Source: a virus. From it: a DNA stretch of 52,088 bases. The translations under genes and the position numbers were made by a program. This document shows positions 42,367 to 50,197 of this stretch, in pieces. The notes beneath the pieces are model-generated. The model was not told the origin of the DNA and searched no databases. It worked only from the letters and a program-made list of their open reading frames with translations. Where the stretch lies: the IMG/VR virus record IMGVR_UViG_3300035156_000020, positions 1 to 52,088 of that record. One strand, given 5' to 3'. Position 1 is the stretch's first letter; every line of letters starts with the position of its first letter.

Positions 42367-42849
42367 TTACTTAGCTTTGCTAATGTAAGTCAGAATCAGC
42401 GTTGCTTTACCAGCAGTACCCGTAACAGCAGGAGTCGTACCAGTCAGAGCTTTGTTAAGCTTCGACACAGCGGTGACACCAGTGCCCGAGTTGATTGCCA
42501 GTTGGCCTGTACCTGTCGAAGCAGGAATCTTAGTACCAACCGAACTCAGTTCAGCTTGAGTCAGTGCAACACCGTTAGCAACTTCCGAGCCTTGAATACC
42601 ATACACGACACCAGGAGTAGTACCTGTCAGCGTGAATGCCTCATCCACTCGCAGCACTGCCTTAGTCAGCAGAGCACCCTTTGGAAGGGTGACCGGGGGG
42701 ATGAATGCCGTGTTAAGGAACTCAGGCGTGAGGCTAATCGACAGAACATGATGAGAATTCTCACCATGCTCCAGACCGATCGAACCACCCGTTTCACGAG
42801 CACCATATTGGTTAAAGACGCCGATACCAGCTTTATTTTCGTAAGACAT
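42367..42849 (-). CDS. Probable head decoration or minor capsid protein, 160 aa.
   Basis: Immediately downstream of the major capsid gene. Gly/Thr-rich. Confidence 0.55.
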   Translation of the reverse strand: MSYENKAGIGVFNQYGARETGGSIGLEHGENSHHVLSISLTPEFLNTAFIPPVTLPKGALLTKAVLRVDEAFTLTGTTPGVVYGIQGSEVANGVALTQAELSSVGTKIPASTGTGQLAINSGTGVTAVSKLNKALTGTTPAVTGTAGKATLILTYISKAK

Positions 42850-42862
42850 ATTTTATTCCTTA

Positions 42863-43804
42863 TTAGGCGTTGATAGCCGAGGTGATGTACACACCAAGGG
42901 TGTCAACACGTTGAGTGCCGAAGCCGAAGCGCGACGAGGTGACGAATTCATCACGGCGGAGGTCTTTGTTACGTTCGCCCTCAACCTTAGGCATACGACG
43001 CCATGCAGCCATCAGAGGCTTGGTGTTATCGTCAGCGACACACATGAAGACGTTAGCGACAGCATTGCTAACCTGAGTGGTGCCATCCGAGAACGTACCA
43101 GTTGCCAGGCGGTTCGATGTGATGATGTTCCAGCCATACAGATTCATCAAGAACTGGTGGTCACGAGTGAAACCGTTCTGGAGGATTTGTTCTGCAAATG
43201 GGGTGACATCACGACCAATGTTCACCAGACCGTCAAGCGTAGCGCCTACGATAGGGTCAACGATGGCAACACGACCAGCCATGGGGACGTTAGCTTTGTC
43301 GAATGCCAGCTTCATCTTAATGAAGGCATCCAGAGTAGCAACGTTGTTCGTAGCAGCCGAGGCGATACGGTGAGCAAAGCCATTAACGGTATTAGCGTTG
43401 GCATTCACTTGGGCCGTGTTACAACGACGCAGGAAGCGCGATTCAAACACCTCTTGGATAGCACGGGTCGATTCAGTCGAACGTGCCGACATCAGGGCTT
43501 CAACTTGAGCGCCATCTTCACGGAGTTCATCAGTGACATACCATGCATCGCCAACGTAGTCGGTAATGGTGAGGGTCACTTCACCCGATTCGATTGGGCT
43601 GTAGTCGAACGGAACTTCTTCAGCACCGTCTTGAATGGTGACAGTACCAGTGGTCTTAATATGTAGCGTGTTACCCGAACCGAAGTCCGACACGTTACGA
43701 TAGAACGAACCAGGAAGCATACCGTCATGGAGGTTCTGGAGGATGAAGCTAGAATACTGTTCTGCTTCGATAAATGCAGTGCTGTTAGAGCGATTTTGCG
43801 ACAT
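42863..43804 (-). CDS. Major capsid protein (HK97 fold).
   Basis: 313 aa. Its position after the scaffold gene, and its resemblance to PaP3/LUZ24-type major head proteins (from memory). Confidence 0.85.
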   Translation of the reverse strand: MSQNRSNSTAFIEAEQYSSFILQNLHDGMLPGSFYRNVSDFGSGNTLHIKTTGTVTIQDGAEEVPFDYSPIESGEVTLTITDYVGDAWYVTDELREDGAQVEALMSARSTESTRAIQEVFESRFLRRCNTAQVNANANTVNGFAHRIASAATNNVATLDAFIKMKLAFDKANVPMAGRVAIVDPIVGATLDGLVNIGRDVTPFAEQILQNGFTRDHQFLMNLYGWNIITSNRLATGTFSDGTTQVSNAVANVFMCVADDNTKPLMAAWRRMPKVEGERNKDLRRDEFVTSSRFGFGTQRVDTLGVYITSAINA

Positions 43805-43818
43805 TTATGTTTCTTTCG

Positions 43819-44655
43819 TTATTTGAAGTATTGAGCGTAAACCTTGGGGTTGGTCAGGTCATGTACAGACATTCCCTTTGCTTCCAGTTCTGCTGCCATT
43901 CGTTTTGCTCGGTTCATAGACTCTTGAATGTCTTGTGACGTTGCACCAACGATGACACCTTTTGGATTGCGACCAATGTAGGTTTCCGATTGTGGCGTGA
44001 AAGCTGCCGTGTTTACTGTGCCCTGTGTGGTGAGTGGTTGGTTCGGCTTAGATGCCGCTTTGTCTTGAACACCGAGCATAGTGAGAACCGCTTTAGGAGA
44101 CTTGGCCGCTAGGACATTCATCTCTTGTACCGACATACCCAACTCTTGAGCCTTGCCGTAGAATTTAGCTTCTGCATCTGCCCCGAATACACCCTGAAGG
44201 GTGGATACAACGGAGGCTACGTTTGCTTCGGCTGTAAGCTTCTGTTCACGTTGGCTGAGGGTACGGTTCACAAGTTCAGCAAGTGCCGTTTCATCCATAA
44301 CAGGTGCAGTGGTGTTCTGGTTCTGTTGTGGTTGACTCGTGAGAGCAGCAAGTGTTCGTTCCAACTCAGCTACACGTTCGGCTTCTTTACGCAGTCGTTC
44401 AATCTCTGCATCCTTCTCTGCTGTCTGTTGACGCAGGCTTGGGATGAATTCTTGAGCGTTACGAAGACCTTCAAGTGCGGCTTCAATGGTGGAATACTTC
44501 TGTTCTCCACGCTCGTTCTTAATCGAAGAAAGCAGGGTAAACGCTTGATTCGCTTCAGGTTGAGCGCCTACCGGATTGCTACCAGTAGGAGGGGTTTGTG
44601 CCTGGGTAGGCGTATTAGTTTCTGTACTACCGAAGATACTAGGCTGGTCGGCCAT
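43819..44655 (-). CDS. Scaffolding protein, 278 aa.
   Basis: Track ORF 43819-44733, trimmed to the ATG at 44655 (AAGGAAAC upstream). The 26-aa extension is a translation of the tRNA gene. Ala/Gln/Glu-rich and helical. Confidence 0.8.
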   Translation of the reverse strand: MADQPSIFGSTETNTPTQAQTPPTGSNPVGAQPEANQAFTLLSSIKNERGEQKYSTIEAALEGLRNAQEFIPSLRQQTAEKDAEIERLRKEAERVAELERTLAALTSQPQQNQNTTAPVMDETALAELVNRTLSQREQKLTAEANVASVVSTLQGVFGADAEAKFYGKAQELGMSVQEMNVLAAKSPKAVLTMLGVQDKAASKPNQPLTTQGTVNTAAFTPQSETYIGRNPKGVIVGATSQDIQESMNRAKRMAAELEAKGMSVHDLTNPKVYAQYFK

Positions 44656-44672
44656 TAGTTTCCTTAAATGAT

Positions 44673-44748
44673 TGGTGCCACCTGTAGGAATCGAACCTAC
44701 GACCAGATGCTTACAAAGCAACTGCTCTACCAACTGAGCTAAGGGGGC
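44673..44748 (-). tRNA. tRNA-Thr (anticodon UGU), 76 nt with encoded CCA.
   Basis: Folded by hand: GCCCCCT/AGGTGGC acceptor (one C-U mismatch), D arm GCTC-AGTTGGTA-GAGC, anticodon loop TT-TGT-AA, T arm GTAGG-TTCGATT-CCTAC. Confidence 0.8.
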
Positions 44749-44760
44749 AAGAAGAGGTAT

Positions 44761-44815
44761 GACCTTCTAGCATCTCGTACTACACGAAGATGACGTATAG
44801 GGACGCTAGAAGGTC
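44761..44815 (-). promoter_or_regulatory. Long hairpin immediately upstream of the tRNA; candidate RNase III / processing site.
   Basis: Perfect 11-bp stem GACCTTCTAGC (44761-44771) / GCTAGAAGGTC (44805-44815), with a second imperfect inner stem. No U-tract follows. Confidence 0.55.
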
Positions 44816-44842
44816 AAAAGAGAAAGAGGTACTAGATATATA

Positions 44843-44951
44843 CTGCTGTTAGCAGAACTAATAAAACTTCTAACTTAACTCTATTGTTTATTTAGTAGTT
44901 AGTTTGAAGAGTTATTCATAGAGCTAACAGCTCATATATTTCATATATACT
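44843..44951. promoter_or_regulatory. AT-rich conserved element, copy B: two inverted copies of the element at 4857-4940.
   Basis: Minus-oriented: agttagaagttttattagtt plus ctgctaacagcag (44879 down to 44843). Plus-oriented: TAGTTAG (44896), TTTGAAG (44903), 11-nt spacer, gagctaacagctc (44921-44933), then atactct. Confidence 0.6.
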
Positions 44952-44985
44952 CTCTAATACCTGTTTTTTAGGTTTTGTTGGACAA

Positions 44986-45228
44986 CTATTTTTCAATTAG
45001 TGAAAGAATTTCGCTAATAGCCCTTTCATACCCCCTAGCGTCAGCTTGGAGGTATGCCCAATTGGGAGAACTATATGCGTCCTTACTAATACTTCCTGCA
45101 TGAGAAGACCTACTACGTTCCTCAAGCAACTCCTTTAGGCGTGCTCGCATGATAGCTGAGGCGTCAAAGTCCTTAGCTACCTCTTCAGCACGTTCCTTAG
45201 AGAGTCCTTTCTTCCAAGCGGTCTTCAT
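44986..45228 (-). CDS. Hypothetical protein, 80 aa.
   Basis: Track ORF. 4-nt overlap with the portal stop. Confidence 0.6.
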   Translation of the reverse strand: MKTAWKKGLSKERAEEVAKDFDASAIMRARLKELLEERSRSSHAGSISKDAYSSPNWAYLQADARGYERAISEILSLIEK

Positions 45229-46979
45229 GCTTCAGGCAAAGGCATAGAAGCCTCCATCTCCAGGTCTTCACCAGCCTGTTGTACCAGTCGTGCTGTCTCT
45301 TGCTGCTCAAACACTGCTGCATTTGGCTTAAAGAGTGCGTAACGGGACAGACCAAGGACATCTTCCACCAGCTTAGACAGGTTCTTACCACTCAGGTGAG
45401 GGGCAACCGTAGGCCAGATGTTCGATGCAGACAGTTGGGACAGGTTCTGTACCAGTTGGGCCTGTGCTGCGAAGTGACGAGCGCCTACAGGACGGATAAC
45501 ACCCGATGCCGTGATGTCTTCCTTGGTGATGCTCATGAACTGCTGAACACCCAAATCATCATCAATGACACGGATAACATCCTTCTTGTCCAGATTGCGG
45601 GCTGCTGTTTCCAGCATTGCATTCAGGAGCTTCTCCAACAGTTCAATCTCAAAGCTAGTAGCCTTCTCTTGGAAGATACGGCCAGCAGCATTCTGAAGCT
45701 GTTGCACTTCAAAGGCGGTCTTCTCACCAGCAGTGCGAATGCCCATAGCTTCCCGTGGAGCGCCTGCATACATCTCCATACGCTGTTCTAGCAGTTGGAT
45801 GGAGTTGTCTGCTTGGATGACCCATTGAACGTTCCTAGCAAGCTCCTGTACGTCCCCATTCTCATCAATGTGAATCTCTGCTCCAGGTGCATAACGGAAC
45901 TCTTCCACTTCACCCTTAATCATCAGGGGTGGCAGAACAGCCAAGTCCATTGCATCGCTCTTGAGGTTTTCCAGATGGTCAATGCGATATTGCATACCCA
46001 CCAGGTTATCCAGTGGCCCCATTGCCCAAAGGTTGTCAGGACGGGTACGCCAGCCTACGTGGTAGATAGGAGCATGTCCCATCCAGTTAGGCAGAGCAGC
46101 CTTACGGATGATGTACATGCGGTCTACAATCGTTACAACGTGGTTCCGCAACACTTTACCTGTCTCTTGGTCATGGAGGTCACCAAAGAACTCTAGGAAC
46201 TCCACAGTGCCACTCTGGAGGTATTCCGAGTAGTTACCGAAGCCATCCACTTGGAAGCCCTCATCCTTGTCCAGGTTTTCGATACCATGGCTGTTCATGT
46301 GGGCAAACATCTTGTCACGCTTCTCAAGAGCATCCTTGAGGTAGAAGTTATCAGGCTGGTCTTCTGCCATCATCCGAAGCTCACCGATGTTACGGAGGCT
46401 ACGAATCACTTTCCAGCTATCCTTGAAGGAGGTAGCCAGTGGGTTGAAGATGATGTCTAGAGGGCTGATACGGCGTGCTACAGGGCCAATGAAGTCAATG
46501 ACATCCTCACCCCTACTGTCCTTCACAACAGTGCTCAGGAAGTCCACAGTGGCGAATGCATTACCATAGTCGATGTAGTCGTACACCAGCTTGCTAGTCT
46601 CGGTACGGAAGCCACCTTCACGGGTCTTGTTGCTCATGTACGCTTCAATAGCACTGGTCTTCTTCTTGGTAGCGTCGCTAGGGCTATACGCTTCCCACTT
46701 CAGCCAATCATCGTTCGGGAACAGAGCAGAGATATAGTTTGAATGCAGGTTGTCTCGAATCTGACATAGCTTGGGAAGAGTGGTGCTATTCTTCCAAGGA
46801 AGGGTGCGATTCGTAGTAGTAGTCGTATCTGTAGCGAATACATAGTTACGAAGTTCCTTCCATTGGTTGATCTTCTCAATACGTTGGCTGTTATGCGTAT
46901 GCCAAACGTTCGCAATATACTTAGCCAGGCTATCCTGTCCAAACATCTGTGCGCTTACTTCTAGTGCTTTCTTAGCCAT
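45225..46979 (-). CDS. Portal protein.
   Basis: 584 aa, immediately downstream of the large terminase. Confidence 0.85.
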   Translation of the reverse strand: MAKKALEVSAQMFGQDSLAKYIANVWHTHNSQRIEKINQWKELRNYVFATDTTTTTNRTLPWKNSTTLPKLCQIRDNLHSNYISALFPNDDWLKWEAYSPSDATKKKTSAIEAYMSNKTREGGFRTETSKLVYDYIDYGNAFATVDFLSTVVKDSRGEDVIDFIGPVARRISPLDIIFNPLATSFKDSWKVIRSLRNIGELRMMAEDQPDNFYLKDALEKRDKMFAHMNSHGIENLDKDEGFQVDGFGNYSEYLQSGTVEFLEFFGDLHDQETGKVLRNHVVTIVDRMYIIRKAALPNWMGHAPIYHVGWRTRPDNLWAMGPLDNLVGMQYRIDHLENLKSDAMDLAVLPPLMIKGEVEEFRYAPGAEIHIDENGDVQELARNVQWVIQADNSIQLLEQRMEMYAGAPREAMGIRTAGEKTAFEVQQLQNAAGRIFQEKATSFEIELLEKLLNAMLETAARNLDKKDVIRVIDDDLGVQQFMSITKEDITASGVIRPVGARHFAAQAQLVQNLSQLSASNIWPTVAPHLSGKNLSKLVEDVLGLSRYALFKPNAAVFEQQETARLVQQAGEDLEMEASMPLPEA

Positions 46980-46987
46980 TCAATTTC

Positions 46988-48592
46988 CTATCTAAAGCTG
47001 ACACCACCGAAGCGACTGTTGAACTGGATGACATTCCCTCCAGAGTCGCTTGATCGTGAGCGTTTGGGTTTAACTGCAATCTCAACAGCAGATGCAAGGG
47101 CATCCTTAATGTCGTCATGTGCAGGGCGTGCTAGGACAAGTTCCTCTTCCAACATATCAATGTATCCACCCTTGAAGTGCCAGATTTGCATATTGTCGTA
47201 ACGGTGTTCCAGAGCAGCGGCAATACGTTCTTCCTTGTTGCCGTTCTTACCTGTAGGCCGATGTTCCTCAATAGAGAGCCTTAAACCCTCTTCACGGAAC
47301 TTATCCTTCAGGTCACGTACAATGACAGCCTGAGCGACGGTAACCTCAGCACGGAGCTTAGTGAACTCCCACTTGCTATGGAGGTCTGCTACGTGTCGGA
47401 AGTACTCACTAATCTTGTCACTCTTGAAGCAATCAATATCGAGGACATAGATGTAGTTATCAGCATCAACACCAATCACAACGATTGCGCTGTTGTCACT
47501 CTTCTTGGACAGGCTGAATGCGAAGTCAATGGAAGCATAGACATTCAAGCGGTTACGCTTGTAATACCAATGCCCACCCTCCTGCTTGAGGAACTTACGG
47601 TCGTAGTATTGGAACTTGGAACGGTCAATGCGGTTACTGCCAGGATCGTTTGGATCGTTGTAATACTGTGCATAGAACTGAACCCTGTCCTCATACTGAG
47701 CACGGATACGGGCCAACACCTGCCTATCGAAACCAAAGAACTTCTTATCGCTAGGACGCATTGCCTTAGGCCAGATGAATACATCATCCTTCTCTACAGC
47801 GTATTCCTTGATTGACCAAACAGGTACACGGTCTAGGACATTGCCCTCTTCGTCGTACACATCAAACTCTTGGTTACGCCAGGTGTGGTAGATGTCGTTA
47901 GGGTGATAGCGAGTCCCACAGGCCATCGTGAAGCCACCAGCATTAAGAATGGAGGTGAACTGCGAAGACTTCTTAGAAACGCTCTCACGGCCTTCCTCGG
48001 TGTATGCATTCTCAGGAACCACCAAGTCATCTGGAACAAGGATGTCAGCGTGCCAGCCAGTAGTGTTGGTAGTCAGTCCAGCAGTGGAGATTGTCGAATC
48101 TCGGATACCTTCCTTCTTACGCTTGGGGTGGTCAATGGAGATTGCATCTTGACTCCACTTCTCCCTCTTGCCCTCTTGAGGGTGGACATATTCAGGGAAG
48201 TATCGCGTAAATGAGGCGTTGGTCAAGATGTTCTTGATTGCGTATAGCTGGGTAATTGCCAAACCTGCGGTAGCAGATACATACAGCACCGTCACCTCTG
48301 GATGTCGTGTTACAACCCATGCAACCCAAGTAGCGACCATGTGACTCTTTAAGTGAGCACGCGGAAGCATGATAAGCTTGTTGGTAATATCCGCTTTGCC
48401 CTGTCCGAACAGACTGTACTCTTGCATCCATTTGAAGATGTCCTTATGAATATCCCCGTACATATAACCAGGGTTGACCAGCCGAGCAAAGAAGAACAAA
48501 TCATCTAGTGCAGCTTGTCGAATTTGCTTCGCTTCCTCTGGCATCTTCTCTAGCTTGAGAAGTGCCTCCTTTTGCCACAACTCATCCATCAA
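46988..48592 (-). CDS. terL: Terminase large subunit.
   Basis: 534 aa. Its position between the small terminase and the portal. ATPase-like LPRAHLKSH region, VPDDLV (Walker B-like) and a C-terminal nuclease-like region. Confidence 0.85.
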   Translation of the reverse strand: MMDELWQKEALLKLEKMPEEAKQIRQAALDDLFFFARLVNPGYMYGDIHKDIFKWMQEYSLFGQGKADITNKLIMLPRAHLKSHMVATWVAWVVTRHPEVTVLYVSATAGLAITQLYAIKNILTNASFTRYFPEYVHPQEGKREKWSQDAISIDHPKRKKEGIRDSTISTAGLTTNTTGWHADILVPDDLVVPENAYTEEGRESVSKKSSQFTSILNAGGFTMACGTRYHPNDIYHTWRNQEFDVYDEEGNVLDRVPVWSIKEYAVEKDDVFIWPKAMRPSDKKFFGFDRQVLARIRAQYEDRVQFYAQYYNDPNDPGSNRIDRSKFQYYDRKFLKQEGGHWYYKRNRLNVYASIDFAFSLSKKSDNSAIVVIGVDADNYIYVLDIDCFKSDKISEYFRHVADLHSKWEFTKLRAEVTVAQAVIVRDLKDKFREEGLRLSIEEHRPTGKNGNKEERIAAALEHRYDNMQIWHFKGGYIDMLEEELVLARPAHDDIKDALASAVEIAVKPKRSRSSDSGGNVIQFNSRFGGVSFR

Positions 48593-49092
48593 CCCACCTT
48601 AGGAGTGAGTCGAAGGATGTCAGCCGAGTATTCGTCTTGGATAGCTGCTTGAATCTTTGTCTCCTTCTCTACGTCTAGCTTGCTTGGGCGTCCAGCACCT
48701 CTTGTGTCCCAACCCCTGTCAGCAATCCATTTGGCTGCTTGAAAGTTTCCTCCATGAGCAGCAAGCATTGCAGTCTTGACTCCCCTTGATCGAAGCTTGA
48801 CTTCAAGTTCGATTCGCCATTCATCAATGTGCTTACGCAACACCTTGTTGTCACAGATGCGCTGCCAATGACTCCAGCCGAGAAGAACGGTAGTGGCAAA
48901 CTCGTATTCTGTAGGGTCTGCAATCTCAAGATAGAGCTTCTTGATAGATGGGAGCATCCGGTCGTTGTATAGGAAGTCATTGTCTTTCAGGGTGAACAGG
49001 GCTGAGTCGGAATAGCCAATCTCCAGGAAAAGGGATTGAGTGATTGGCCTACCCATCGTGTCTAGCATCTTGTCTTTAGTCGGTAGTTCCAT
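48589..49092 (-). CDS. terS: Terminase small subunit (PaP3-like).
   Basis: GNFQAAKWIADRGWDTRGAGRPSK resembles the PaP3/LUZ24-type TerS (from memory). 4-nt overlap with terL. Confidence 0.7.
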   Translation of the reverse strand: MELPTKDKMLDTMGRPITQSLFLEIGYSDSALFTLKDNDFLYNDRMLPSIKKLYLEIADPTEYEFATTVLLGWSHWQRICDNKVLRKHIDEWRIELEVKLRSRGVKTAMLAAHGGNFQAAKWIADRGWDTRGAGRPSKLDVEKETKIQAAIQDEYSADILRLTPKVG

Positions 49093-49552
49093 TTATCTTC
49101 TTCCTTACGGCTTCGTATTGTTCGTAGTAGTAATCCCGTTCGATGAGGACACTTTCTGCTCTGGCAGCTTCCCTTGTAAGAAACTCTGCATCCTCCCGGT
49201 AAAGCTCTCTTGCGGTACAGGCTTCGACACTTGGGGGATTGTTGGCAATGTCTGAGGGACGAGTGGGCCTTGTGCGCAACTTGCTAAGAGCAGTGGTAAG
49301 GCTAGTGTTAAGAGCTTCAATCTTTTCATCTTTGGTTTCCCTATCTTTGTCAGCATTTGCTTGGAGGTCTTTAGAAGCCCGTAGAGCCTTCGCAGATGCT
49401 TCCACTAGTGCTTTGTCATACTTCTGATTTAAAACGCTTGTAGTGCGTTCTACGGCTTCCTGTACGCCTTCTCGCTTGTCTTTCACATGCCAGGCAAAGC
49501 AGAGGAACATTGTTACGAGAAACGCGCCGATTTTTATAGTTGTTTTATTCAC
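49076..49552 (-). CDS. i-spanin (Rz-like).
   Basis: N-terminal transmembrane helix IGAFLVTMFLCFAW, then a charged coiled-coil periplasmic domain. Confidence 0.75.
   Translation of the reverse strand: MNKTTIKIGAFLVTMFLCFAWHVKDKREGVQEAVERTTSVLNQKYDKALVEASAKALRASKDLQANADKDRETKDEKIEALNTSLTTALSKLRTRPTRPSDIANNPPSVEACTARELYREDAEFLTREAARAESVLIERDYYYEQYEAVRKKINGTTD
49105..49329 (-). CDS. o-spanin (Rz1-like lipoprotein), fully embedded in the i-spanin gene in another frame.
   Basis: MKRLKLLTLALPLLLASC lipobox, followed by a Pro-rich mature region. Confidence 0.75.
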   Translation of the reverse strand: MKRLKLLTLALPLLLASCAQGPLVPQTLPTIPQVSKPVPQESFTGRMQSFLQGKLPEQKVSSSNGITTTNNTKP

Positions 49553-50003
49553 TTAGACACATCTTCCTTTCGTATTCCCTTCGGTTGCGTAAGCCTTGAA
49601 CGAACTTGCCATTCACATAGCTCCACTTCAATAGGCCATCACATGCTTTTGCAGGGTTGCCTGCATTGAAGTCTTTAAGCAAGGTGCTCTTGCAGAAGGA
49701 CGACACTCCTACGTTATAAGTGAACATGGTGAAGGCATCGAATTGCTTGGGGGTCATTGGGGCGTTGACACACTTGTACACACCTTGACGGTGAACCACG
49801 AGATCACGCTGTAGGAGCGTTGTACACTCTTCCTTGGTGTATCTCTTACCCTTGATAATGTCGCTTCCTGTATGGCCGCTACACACCGTTAGAATGCCTG
49901 CTAAGTCCCAATAGGGGTCACGCTTGTCTCCCTCCCACAGTGCAGTGGAAGAGATGAGGGTGGCCGAAACCACCCCCACCAACAGCTTATTCCTTACGTC
50001 CAC
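49545..50003 (-). CDS. Endolysin: GH24 phage-lysozyme type with an N-terminal signal-anchor-release (SAR)-like segment.
   Basis: RNKLLVGVVSATLISSTALWEG, then EG...Y.D..G..TVCSGHT. GTG at 50003 has AAGGA 7 nt upstream. The alternative ATG is at 50060. Confidence 0.8.
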   Translation of the reverse strand: MDVRNKLLVGVVSATLISSTALWEGDKRDPYWDLAGILTVCSGHTGSDIIKGKRYTKEECTTLLQRDLVVHRQGVYKCVNAPMTPKQFDAFTMFTYNVGVSSFCKSTLLKDFNAGNPAKACDGLLKWSYVNGKFVQGLRNRREYERKMCLSE

Positions 50004-50196
50004 GCCTATCCTTATATTCCGTGTACCAAGTCCAGCCCTTGTGTCCCACAAGCAGGACAACGTACAACACCATGCCCAAGTTGATTAGAATAGGGAGATG
50101 GTCGATAAACGTGTTAGCTGCCCCCGCTGTAGTGACAACGGGTACGGCAACGGCAGGGTGGGTAGCTTGGTCTGTGATTTGATCTAGGAGGTTCAT
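49987..50196 (-). CDS. Holin candidate, 69 aa.
   Basis: Hydrophobic segments, a charged C-terminus KDRRGRKE, and its position directly upstream of the endolysin. Confidence 0.65.
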   Translation of the reverse strand: MNLLDQITDQATHPAVAVPVVTTAGAANTFIDHLPILINLGMVLYVVLLVGHKGWTWYTEYKDRRGRKE

Positions 50197-50197
50197 G

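Noticed and set aside
44656-44733. 26-aa N-terminal extension of the scaffold ORF (MVEQLLCKHLVVGSIPTGGTNHLRKL).
   Set aside because: The extension is simply the tRNA-Thr gene read as protein. The ATG at 44655 has a proper AAGGAAAC ribosome-binding site.
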